A stretch of DNA of 64,000 bases from Eukaryota sp. TZLM1-RC (Eukaryota > Protista > Metamonada: BaSk clade), in NCBI GenBank assembly GCA_040285825.1, contig JAUPSS010000001.1, positions 3,782,001 to 3,846,000 of the forward strand, read 5' to 3'. This document shows, in pieces, positions 12,144-23,400 of this stretch. Every line of letters starts with the position of its first letter. Position 1 is the stretch's first letter. Both the position numbers and the translations under genes were made by a program. The notes under the pieces are model-generated. The model searched no databases and was not told the origin of the DNA. It saw only the letters and a list, made by a program, of their open reading frames with translations.

Positions 12144-13224
12144 GAACAGTTTCAGTCAAAGACGACAGTCGTGAAGCCCATATTGAGTCGAATGTTTGTA
12201 TCAGAGGAGGAGTAGCTAAACAATCAATTGGCAAAATATGGGAAAATTCCCTATGAAGTTTGAGTTTTTTTCATTTATCAATTTATATGCCAGATTGCTA
12301 ACCCGAATTTAACCCTAATGTCCGTAGGGTACTTTTATGAATTTTTCCGCAAAAGCTTAATTATCTAAAAGAAAAAAGCCATTTTCCCTGATGACAACTT
12401 CCCTCCATCTTGGTGACAGTTCATTGAGTACATCAATTGCTGTATCATCTCGAACAGTGGGACATGGTAAATCAAAATAATTTAATCTATTTCTTAAAAC
12501 CTGTAAATCAAACTGCATTAAATTGTGATTAAGAAAAAAATGGGGTTGGTGATTACCAGTTAGGTTTGAAAGCCTACGAAGCAAGGTTTTTTCGTCAGAG
12601 AAAACTTCTGCCTGAATATCCATATCAATGTCTGGTAATCTGACCTGAGGACTCATTCCCAACATAAGTGAATATTCACTCTCCAAAAAGACATTGTGGC
12701 GGTCAAACTTACCAATAACAATCGAAATTGAAAACACTTTTTTATCTGAAATCCACTCACCCATTTGCTCATCAGTTTTCTTTTTCAAAAGAGTTACATC
12801 CTCTTTTCTCTTTTTGTTGATATTCTCGTCAGGAGGAAGAAATTGGCCATCATGACTTTGGTAAAGATGACCATCCTGATAGGTTTCAAGATCAAAACAA
12901 CATTTTGGGGACATTTTGATTTGGGGTCATTAATTTGAATTGAATTAAAGGATCAGGCTTGAAGCCACTAAGACTTGGCTCAATTTTTCTGACCATACGC
13001 GGTTTCAATGGTTTTGTTTTGGCAAAATCTTCCTGTTCTCGATATTCAACATTGTATTTTCAATACAAATTTCTCGGTTCAGTTGCTTTTTGTTGTTGTT
13101 TTTGCTTGCGCTTTGATGTTTGTTGATCAAAAATTGCATTTCTTATTATTTTTGATGGAGGAGTTGATTCAAAATTAGCTCTTCTCTTTCTGGGACCAGG
13201 ATTTGCTTCAGCATCTTCATCCAT
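12130..13224 (-). pseudogene. DEDDy 3'-5' exonuclease domain with basic N-terminal leader, contiguous with the Fanzor ORF
   Basis: ATG 13224 MDEDAEANPGPRKRR..; ExoI FDLET; ExoII NHNLMQFDLQVL; ExoIII-like IDCLAT near 12210-12230; one stop and several frameshifts. Confidence 0.7.
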
Positions 13225-13309
13225 TGTTAAATCAACAGTAAATGGGTTTGTTGATAGAAGATGTCGGCAGCTACTGGTTTGAAAACATAAATTATAAACC
13301 TAATAATCA

Positions 13310-13940
13310 AACTCAACACTATGAAAACAAAAATTTAAGACACAACATCCCATATCTAAAGTGCAAGAATCTAAACCACAAAAATGAACAAACTCATAAA
13401 CATCAAAACAACAATGTAAAACAAAACATAAACAAAAGAAACATCCCACATCTACAGCACAAGTACGTAAATTACAAAAAACAACAAACTAAAAAATATC
13501 AAGACAACAATTCAAAACAGAACACAAACAAGAAAACCATCCCATATTCAAAGTGCAAGTACCTAAACCAAAACAATCAACAAAATCAAAAACATCAAAG
13601 TAACAACAATGTAAAACAAAACATAAACAAAAGAAACATCCCACATCTACAGCACAAGTACGTAAATTACAAAAAACAACAAACTAAAAAATATCAAGAC
13701 AACAATTCAAAACAGAACACAAACAAGAAAACCATCCCATATTCAAAGTGCAAGTACCTAAACCAAAACAATCAACAAAATCAAAAACATCAAAGTAGCA
13801 ACAATGTAAAACAAAGCACAAACAAGAACAACATCCCACATCTACAATGCAAATAGCTAAACCACAAAAAACAACAAACTCAATAACATCAGAATAACAA
13901 TGTAAAATAAAACACAAAGATGAACATCTCATATCCAAGG
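13310..13940 (+). repeat. tandem array of 96-99 bp units with a near-exact 195-bp dimer duplication; ORF 13242-13856 (N/K/Q-rich) spans most of it
   Basis: 13407-13601 recurs at 13602-13796; unit lengths are multiples of 3. Confidence 0.85.
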
Positions 13941-14329
13941 TGATAAGCACCATTTCTGATTCAACAGCACCCAAATCATGACTCACATGATGACTAAAAA
14001 AAGTGCAATACTCTACTACCACGGAAGGATCAGAACGACGATTTTGATGGGAAATCGAGGCTCTGACCTTCCGTTTGTTCCTGTAAAACAGGGTGACTGT
14101 TCCTGACTGAGCAGTTCGGTAAGAAGTACCCTGCTGTTCTTTGAAGAACAGGTTGAAGGAGGTGGAAACTGAGTCCGTAACCTCGTTATCCTTTTTCTCC
14201 TTTTGCTGCATGATGTTAGAAGGATTGGAAGAGTCAAAATAATCTCGCTGTCTGACACGATGTCTGACATGCTGATTGCAATTTCAAAATGATTGCAACT
14301 TTCCACAATGGTATCAAATGCCTATCTAC

Positions 14330-15545
14330 TGTATCTCTATTCGACAATGGTAAAGTTTTTGAGTGGGGTAAGTTGAGCAAAATCAGTGAATTTTATGAAG
14401 ATAGTAATGGACCAAGATCTTTTGAAGCTTGCCGCAATCTAGAAGGCATTTCAGTAGGTCATGATTGTCTTTTTGCCTACAACAAAAACACTGTTTGGGC
14501 TTGGGGAAGGAACGATAAAGGTCAATTAGGTACATGTGAATTGATTAATCGACCAAAACCGTTTTTTTTAACTTTTTTTATTCAAAACCTATAAATCAAC
14601 ATCTTAATAATCCATCTCTCTCAAAAGAAAAACACTAGCTGCAACTCTTTCATAGTGAGATCCAAGAAAAAGCAAAGCATCAGAAACCATCTTCAACATC
14701 CCCTTAAAATTAGAAAACACAATTCTATTTTGCCAAAACAATCTGTTGAAATTTCTGTTAGTTCTTCTCTTTAGAATCAATTCAATCAATTCTGCCAAAA
14801 ATCGATTAGCCGTTGTAGCAAGTGAACCAAAAAGAGAAGACACAAATGGATACAAAGTGTATTTTGCATGCTATTGGCTGGACAATTTGGACAAAGGATC
14901 ATTGTATTTTTTGATTTTAAATTTTCAGCATTTGAAAGAGGATTATGAATTTCAGAATTAACAAGCCTTTAATTTGCAGCATTACAAGGATCAACAGACA
15001 TTACATCCAATAAAATCGACCAAAACCTTTTGAAGTTTTTGGATCTGAAAATCTTGGAAGTTTTTATCATTCAAAACAACTTTTGGATAGAATGTTTAGT
15101 GGTCTAATCAAATTAATATACTTTGAATATTTACAATATTTGAAAAATTTGTTTGGTAACCGTCCTTATACAAAAACCAAAATTTTTAACACATGTTCAA
15201 TTAGCACGAAAGTGACTAAATTTGCTAAAGGAGTCATTGATGCTTTTGAATTTTTAAAGTTTCTTAAGATATAAATTTAGATGAAAATATTTGTGATTTA
15301 CAATTGTGATTTTCTACTGTTCATAATATCAATACTGCCCAATATAATCAATAATAGAATTAAAAACTTGATGTTTACAATGATGATGATGATTATAACT
15401 CCACAATTATTGTCATTTTTTCCAAATGTTGAGGTTGTTAAGTTTGGTGGGAGGTCAAGATTTGGTAATAGTCTTCCGTTAAACTTGGCATATTTGTCAA
15501 ATTTTAAAAGTGTAGAAATTGATAATCAAGCCAATATAGAACTTG
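14330..15545 (+). pseudogene. RCC1-repeat/LRR gene fragment interrupted by a retrotransposon; inverted duplicate of about 39320-40500
   Basis: VWAWGRNDKGQLG RCC1 motif; LRR-like LSFFPNVEVVKFG..LAYLSN; block matches the reverse complement of about 39320-40500. Confidence 0.75.
14561..15013 (-). mobile_element. 5'-truncated RLE non-LTR insertion (subfamily D) with 14-bp TSD
   Basis: TSD AATCGACCAAAACC at 14547-14560 and 15014-15027; A-rich tail; FNRLFWQNRIVF motif. Confidence 0.85.
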
Positions 15546-15859
15546 CAGTTTTAATTTCCAATGTTTAAAAAAAATGTAAAAAATGTAAAAAAAATATTGT
15601 TATTTCTGATGACTTTGTTGTTGTTAATTGTAGCACAACCATTTAGCCAGTGTTCTTTTTAGTAGAACCCCATAAAACCACAAGTGTGATCCACTGTGAA
15701 TGTCATCAAAAGGCATGGTAGTTATTCAATATTGATCGCAATTGTCCTATTTTTTGGTCAAATTTTTAATTTATTACTTTCAAAAAGAACACAAAAATTA
15801 AAATTTTAAAATTTCATATCCCAAATCAGCCAACAAAAATTGACAGGAAGTTTTTCCTT

Positions 15860-16140
15860 TATAAAAGCGACCAAGAGATAATAAAGCAGAAGACAATAAC
15901 GGGACAACACCTTTAAAAACTCAAAATACAATTCTGTTCTGCCAAAACGTTTTGTCAAAAATTCTTCCGGTACGTTGTTTTACAATTTCAACAAAATCAT
16001 CCAAAAAAGATGAAACAAATGTTCCAAGCAAAACCATGTAAGGAAAAAAGCAAATGGACAAAGGACATAATGAGTGTGAGATTCAGCATTCAAGGATCGC
16101 AACTTTGCTTTACATTTATCAATTTTAGAATTTTCGGCAG
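15860..16140 (-). mobile_element. decayed RLE non-LTR 3' fragment
   Basis: reverse strand reads KQRTGRIFDKTFWQNRIVF..FKG. Confidence 0.7.
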
Positions 16141-16297
16141 TGTTGTACTCAGCAACCTCATCGTAACTTATTTACATATTTCAGCTTAAACTGCACTGGT
16201 GTATTGGGTGATTCCTCAAAGCACAATATGGAACAACTGTAGACCGAAAAGGATGTCCTCAAAATGTACAGTATTTCAGAGTCCTTTCAATTACCGA

Positions 16298-16802
16298 ATG
16301 ACTTCATCATCAGCACCATTAGCAGAAACTGATGATACAGGTCAACTCCAACTTTTTTCTACTTCCCGAGTGCTGATTATCATCATCTTGCAGTTAGTAA
16401 CAGTACTTATCCCATTGGTGGATAATGAAGACATTCGATGGTCAATTTTGGTGAATGCAGGATCAGTTGTTTTGAATATGTTTGCTTATGTGCAGTTCAT
16501 GAAGAGATATTTGCAGTTGGCTCAAATTTCCTTACTCATTGCTGTACTTTGTGCAACTTGGCCCACAATCCTTTTCTTTTGCATCAATTTCATTGCTGCA
16601 AGTTTTGCCTCTAAAATTTAACACTCTACACATCCTTCATTTTACATTTACTTGCTTTTGGTGGATGACCTCAATACTTGCTCTATTCGCACTACATCGG
16701 CAAATTCCTGGTCCCAACTTCAAATCAGATCATGCTCTTGTTTCTAAAGCAGTGGGAGCAGCATTGTCTCTCATTTTAACATATGTATTTAACGCGAAAT
16801 AA
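16298..16802 (+). CDS. small multi-pass membrane protein, with one apparent frameshift near 16615
   Basis: two overlapping hydrophobic ORFs (16199-16621 and 16539-16802) that join at an A/T homopolymer. Confidence 0.45.
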
Positions 16803-17580
16803 GATGAAACAAAAACCAATTATATTATGAAGTATTTATTGAACATGCACACTTAATTAAATTAACTCATAACTAATGGGACAACTATGATTGAACCAAG
16901 ATTTCCTCTGCAAAATCTTGATCTGCTTGCTGTCTAGCTAAAGCTTTTCTTATAAGATGGAACAAAAACCGAATATATTTATTAAACAAAACCAAAATTT
17001 TAAACAATTTATAAACACTAAACAACAACCACGAATTGGTTTACAGGTAAAAAAAATTTAAAGTTTTGAATACTTTTCTTTTAAAATGGTGGACTGCAAT
17101 TGATTTGAGAACTATTTACAACCAATTGCTATCAATTCTAACCAATTCTAACCAAATTTCTAACATCTTAACAGCTGTGGTTCAAATTTTTGGAAAAAAA
17201 AAACGGATTTTTTGGATACTTTTTCCTAAACATATCACGCATTTGAAAAACTTCAGCAGGAGTTAGTGAAGAAAAGTTCTAAATTTTCAGTTGTCAAAAG
17301 TAAGTTAAAATAACTAGATAATTTCTTAGGAATTCTTAGGAATTCTTAGGAAGAATTGGATGCAAAAATTGGAAGAAATTGATTCAGCAGGGATGACTGA
17401 AGTGATAAAGCCACTTTAGCTACTTTATTTTAACAATTGTTTCTTATTCTGTGGTGATATTTTTCAAGTTTTGCTAACATTTGTGTTACCTTGATATAGT
17501 GAAGGTTCAAGGATATTTACACCATATGTGACCAAAATTTATACACCTAAACCCTTCTGGTGAAACTTGATATTTTGAGT

Positions 17581-17652
17581 TAATGTTAGAATTACTGAAC
17601 TAGTTCGGCCGAACGTTCGGAAGGGTTGCGAATGTTCGGAATTCTAACATTG
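17581..17652. mobile_element. 72-bp hAT-like MITE
   Basis: TIRs TAATGTTAGAATT / AATTCTAACATTG; 8-bp TSD TTTTGAGT at 17573-17580 and 17653-17660. Confidence 0.75.
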
Positions 17653-18495
17653 TTTTGAGTTAAACCTAAGAGTCTTAGGTTGAGTCGTATACACCATCAA
17701 TTGGTCAGATCGTCATTTATACAAAAACCCCTTTTGGTTTTCCACAGTCTTTCACATTCCATCTATATCTAACATCAATCTTACTCCTTCTGAAAGCAGA
17801 GGACCGTGTAAATAAATTTTTTTGTTGTAAATTTTTTTGTGGTAAATTTTTTTGTGACCACCTTTTCAGTTCAATTATCATACCCTAACTCAACCCATTT
17901 AGATCATTACATTGAAGTCTTGACTGATTCACCACACACACAATACTATACATTTATTCAAAAACCGAATTAAAGACTATGAATGTGGTGTATGAGCACC
18001 ATGATTCTTTCAAACAACATTTTACTCTAAATAAAGTCCCAAAGTAGGCATTGAAAGCGTACAGAAGTCTTTGAAACAACTTCGTTGACTTGACAGACAA
18101 TCGCCCACATCCTACAAGGAAGTTAAGTGATTAACACAGAGACAAATTAGAAAAATTGAAGAGAGAAACAGGTGAAGAGGAAAGAAAAGAACGAAGCTTG
18201 GGTCATTTTAACGTTCTTGATAAATTTGAATCCAGAAAGTGTAAAACTTGAAATAAATAAACACGACAGATCAGGGTTCGGTCCCAGAACCTAACCCACT
18301 AGTTTTTGAACTTGGATTTAAACCTGAACCTTGATCAGTTCTATAAATAGAGTTCTTTAATTCTCAATTTTAGGCTACTCTAGTCATCCCAACAACAACT
18401 TTTTCGTTTTCTCGTTCAATAATATTTGAGCATTAAATGAAAACAAAATATAATGCTCTTTTTAGGCATTTATTGCATGAATGTCAACAAAAACA

Positions 18496-19431
18496 CTAAA
18501 CAATTCCTGTACCCTTTTCCACCTCTTGAATCACTCGTTCTTGAGATTTTGACACAAGTGACTTCTTGGAAGCAAACTGTTCAAAGTTCATCAATGAAGG
18601 AAAGCTCTCCATTACAAAACTCATATCTGGATGAACCCCCTCCAATTGCCAGAATGCCCAAATCTGTGCCTGACATTTATCAGGGTATTCAGCTAATGAT
18701 GACTCTTCGAACGGAACCTGGAGAGTACTAGCCATGTATTCGGGAGTTACAAATTCAGATACAAGTTCGACAATGTTATTGTGAAACTTCAACTTTGATG
18801 GGTCAAGAACACATTGACAGATTGCTGAACCAATATCATCAATTGCAACACCAGGCAGTCGTGTTGATTGATGAAGAGGCAAGGAGAGCTTCCCATTTGC
18901 AAGCTTCTCTACAATGAGAGTATCATTGAGGAGATTATCAAAGAAGAATCCCAAACGAATGATGCTGATGTTATTAAACTTGGATTTCTTGGTTTGCAAC
19001 GTTTCTTCGAGGTCATACTTCACTTTCAATGGCAAAACGTTCTTTGCTGTGCCACATGCAACCCAGGAGCTAAGGACAAAGTCGGTAACAGACCCAGTGG
19101 TTGCAGCAAGATTAATAATTGATCTTCCATATTCGAGTTCCTTTTCACACCCTTCTTTCAATGTAGTTCCGTAATGGATTGGGTTTTGGATCAATACTAC
19201 ACGTTGAATGTTACTGAAAGCGTTACGTACAGCATTTGGGTCAGCAATGTCACCCACACAAATTTCCATCAAATGACCATTATGCCCTCGTTTTAGCTTC
19301 TCCAGTTCAGGATCATGAGTGGGCGAAAAGGCCCTCACCTTCTTGAGAAGGGGGTTTTCTGAGTGCAAGAGGCTTTTACAGGTAGTTAAACCTTGGTGAC
19401 CAGAAGCACCAAAAATTAGAACGTTGACCAT
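18496..19431 (-). CDS. NmrA-like NAD(P)-binding atypical SDR protein
   Basis: VLIFGASGHQG Rossmann motif, VGDIAD, K..LEE, IIRLGFFFDN, VAIDDIG. Confidence 0.88.
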   Translation of the reverse strand: MVNVLIFGASGHQGLTTCKSLLHSENPLLKKVRAFSPTHDPELEKLKRGHNGHLMEICVGDIADPNAVRNAFSNIQRVVLIQNPIHYGTTLKEGCEKELEYGRSIINLAATTGSVTDFVLSSWVACGTAKNVLPLKVKYDLEETLQTKKSKFNNISIIRLGFFFDNLLNDTLIVEKLANGKLSLPLHQSTRLPGVAIDDIGSAICQCVLDPSKLKFHNNIVELVSEFVTPEYMASTLQVPFEESSLAEYPDKCQAQIWAFWQLEGVHPDMSFVMESFPSLMNFEQFASKKSLVSKSQERVIQEVEKGTGIV

Positions 19432-20333
19432 CGCTGTTTCCAAATGAAGTAAGGTTTCAATACTGTCAACTTGACTTCAAAACCACTGTAGACAGACTGT
19501 AGATAGACTGTAGATAGACTGAACTGTTTCTAAATTCTCCTAAATTTCTGTTCTGTGCGAGGTTTTGCCATTATATTTTTGTATTCTATGTCGAGAGGCG
19601 AGAGTCTCATTCTTCGCTCTGCGGGCCGTGTGCTCAACTCATGGCTTTCTTTGTCTAAAAGCTCAATTGCCTCTTTCAACACTGAGGGTTGTATGGGGAT
19701 TTCTTGAGCTCCCGAAGTCGTCTCATTGAGAGTTTGTACGACGACAGTGTTTTCACACTGCGGGCACATTGATTCGTCCAGGGACTCTATGAAGTCCGTT
19801 GGTTCCTTCTTTTCCATTTCTTCCTTACTCATAGTGAGTGCCAAGAGTAACTCTTGTATCTCTTGGGAGGGAGCTGGAGGTAGGTCGAAATTGACCTTTG
19901 GTGTCGTCGCGAGGGCGGTATTCGCCGACGAGTGGACATATTGGGCGCCTTGCGCCGTAACTTTACCTCGCTGATTTAATTGGACGTTTTGCGCCGAAAT
20001 TTTATTCTTGGTGGGGCTTAAACCCGAACCTGAAGCAGTGGAGGTGTCTAGCCTCGAATCTATTTGTTGGGGGGAGTGGGGTGGATTACACCCGTACCCG
20101 TAACCTGAGGAGGAGTGAGGCCTTTTTCGCCCGAACTCGAATCCTTTTCTGGAGTTGCCATTGAACTCGAAGAAGATGAGTTGTTGAGAGGAGGGTTAGA
20201 AGGGTCTCCTCTGACAGATGTCTGACATACCCCAGACATCTTTTGGGTGTCTACAGCGCTGTTGCTGTTTGCTGTTAATGGTGCCTGATACGCACAATAA
20301 TTATTGTTGCCGTTGGGCATTATGCTAGCTGGA

Positions 20334-20410
20334 TGTAAAGAGAGTTAAGATAAAGTTAATTTTATTAAATGTCATTCTATATAAAGATACTCACTAGTGA
20401 GATACCTGCA
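20334..20410 (-). repeat. 3' or shared LTR (77 bp) preceded by a polypurine tract
   Basis: TGCA...TACA; PPT GGGAGAAGGTAG at 20411-20422 (minus strand). Confidence 0.75.
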
Positions 20411-20438
20411 CTACCTTCTCCCGTTTCGTTAATTAAAA

Positions 20439-23400
20439 TTACTTACTATTGTTGTTCCGCTTCCTTTGCGGATATCGCTTTTGTCGAGGCATGGGGAGAG
20501 CCTGAGACGAGCTATTGGATATATTAGCTTTGCGTTTTCTTTTATTTGGCTTACTAATAAATCGCTTATACGCTTCTGAATATCTGATCGAATGGAGTGG
20601 TTCCTCGGTAGTTTCTCCACCAAACCATTTCACAGTACAGAAGGGTCCCTGAGATGTTTTATATTCCTCAAGGATTTCTTCGATGACATGTTTACCTGAA
20701 TCGGTGGCTGCGATTGCCCTGAGTAAATCAACATCGTTAGGATCGTTAGCGTTGTATATTTTGCAGTCCCTCTTTGATATCTTTGTCTCATCACCAGTCG
20801 TCAGGTTCTTAACTGTCAATGTGGAATTGGATGGGATTTCTATAATTAAAAATGGGCCTAACCAAGATCCATGCAATTTGCTGTTTTGCTTAGCTTTTCG
20901 AAGAATATAGTCACCAATTTTATATGTGGTTTCTGTATTATTATTAATATTATTCTGACTGGGTTTGTTTAATAATTGGTGGTTCTCTGCTTCCTCCCAT
21001 TTATTTTGGAGACGATCAGTTTTAAGTTTGAGGTCTTGTAAAAGTGGGACATTGGATTCAAAATCGAATATGCCGCCAAGGATGTTATCAGGTCTGATCT
21101 AGGGCTGATATATGACCCGAAAATCAATTCATAGGGGGTGTGGTTTGTGATTCTGCTTTTGGTTGAGTTAATTAATAACTGTGTAATTGGGACATATGTG
21201 GACCAAGCATCATAGTCGTTGTAATCTATTAATAATCTTCTTATACATTGAATTACATCCCTATGTTTCCTTTCTACCAATCCATTACTTTCAGAGTGAT
21301 ATGGAATTGAATTTGTGACTTCAATTGACATTCTCTGGCATAGCAATTTGAATGTTTCATTGGCGAACTCTGGGCCATTATCACTATGTATAGCCATAGG
21401 TATGCCTAATATTGCACAGATATTCCAAATTAATGCATCTGCCACTTCTAAAGCATTGAGTTCTTTCAGTGGCACTAGTATTGTATATCTAGTGAAACTG
21501 TCGACGAAAACTAATAAGTATTTATTATCATTATTATCTTTATTCAGAGGTCCAATTGTGTCTACATTTAGTTTAGCAAATGAACGATTTGCCCACAGTG
21601 AGCTCGTTGAGGGAGTCTTTGATTGTTTTATGGGGGCTGTTTTCTGACAAGTAGGACATTTTTCGATGTGTTTGATGAGGTCTTTTCTCATGTTTGGCCA
21701 GTAAAAATCACTTTTGGAAAGCTTGTGAAGACTTCCGTTTTTGCTTGGGTGGCCTGATTGTGTTAATCTGTGTATTAGATTGAGTGCTGTTTTTCTTAGT
21801 TTGGTCGGTATTATCATTTTATTATTATTATTAAGCCAGATTTCTGTGTTTCTGCAGAGTGTGGCGTTTTTGAATAATGGATCGTTATTGCTAATGGCCA
21901 GTTGTTGTTCTGCTCTTACTTTGGATAACCAATTTGAAAAGATTGGTAAATCTGGGTGTCTTGATAATTCGAGAATGTGGATTGGTTCTAGACTTTCATA
22001 GTCGGAATCGTCATCTGGGGGTGGAATTTCACCGTGCCAGTAAGGATCGTTTTGGTGTCTGATGTGATTTAATTCTGGTATTACTGAATTGTCATCAATG
22101 TTTCGTGACATCATGTCTGCCCAGTGATTGTCTTCTCCTTTCTCATGTACTATATCAAAATCAAATTCTGATAAAATAGGTAACCATCTTTTGACTATTC
22201 TGTTCTTTTCTGGAGCTGTGGCGAGGAATGCAATATTTCTATGGTCGGTGAATATGGTTAAGTGTCGAGTGATGAGGAAGCTTTCTAAATGGCTTTCTGT
22301 TAGTATTAATAATATTGCGTATAGTTCCTTTTGTAATGTTGACCAACGTTTTTGAGTATCAGTTAATATTCTACTGTAAAAAGAGATTGGTTTTACTTTT
22401 CCATCTTTTAATGCAGTTCCTATGGGTGCATATGGTTCGACCTCTTGCCAGATAACTCCTCCTACTGCGATGTCTGATGCATCGGTGCTTATTAAAAGGC
22501 GTTTGTCTGGTGATGGTAATTCCAGAGGCATATGATTAATGATTAATTCTTTTATTTGTTCTAATAGTTGGTCGTGTTTGGTTTCCCAGTTGACACGGCG
22601 TTGTTTGTGTTTGATTAATTCGTTTATGGGTGCAATTAGTTGTGAAATGTTTGGGAGCCAGTCTCTGATGAAATTGACTGAGCCGACTAATGACCGAACT
22701 TCTTTTATTGTTTTTGGAGCAGGGATGTTAATTAAAGCATCGACTCGTTTTTGACTAATTTTACGTTGTTTATATTGGAAAGTGCTGCCTAAAATGTCAA
22801 TTGGTTGTTTGTCAGTAACCAATTTGCATTTTTTCAATCCAATGTTGACTCTTCTATCCCTTGCGCATTGCAGTACCCTATGAATTCTTTCTAAAAATTG
22901 TTGAAGGGTTGATGCAATTATGATTATGTCATCAATGTATATGAACACTCCGTCTATCTGAAAAATTTCCATCATAACATTTTGAAAAATTGCTGGGATA
23001 TTCTTTAATCCGAAACATGCCCTTTTAAACATAATGGATCTGCCAGGGATAGAGATGGATGTGTTTTCAATATCCTCGTCAGCGACTTTCATCTGCCAAA
23101 AAGCTTTTGGAAGGTCCAAAGTGGCGATGTAGTTGGCTTGATTTAGAAATTCCAAAAACATCCGAAATTAATGGTAAGTTAGACTCAACTGGAATAGTAA
23201 GAGCGTTAACACCATCTTTACCGCTGAAATCGCCTGTCAACCTCGGTTTTCGATCATCAGGGTATATTACTAATACAATAGGGGAACTGAATTTATAGTT
23301 CGATTCAATTGTATAGCTTATTTCGATTAATTCGTCAAAAATTTGGTTAGCTATTTGTAATTTCTTTGGGTTGAGACCCCTTGCTGGTTTATGTACAATA

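Noticed and set aside
8920-12252. GGGAAATTCCCATA / TATGGGAAAATTCCC as TIRs of the Fanzor element
   Set aside because: Short, imperfect and self-palindromic, and the second copy lies inside the exonuclease-like coding region
13310-13940. CRISPR-like array next to an RNA-guided nuclease
   Set aside because: Whole units are duplicated; there is no constant repeat with unique spacers
19486-19521. Short tandem repeats (ACTGTAGAYAG-like x3; also TTCTTAGGAA x3 at about 17322-17352)
   Set aside because: Simple slippage repeats with no further structure
19549-20410. 860-bp LTRs
   Set aside because: No TSD or PBS at that boundary, the repeat ends mid-ORF, and a 77-bp TG..CA unit with TATA and AATAAA explains the structure better; not fully excluded
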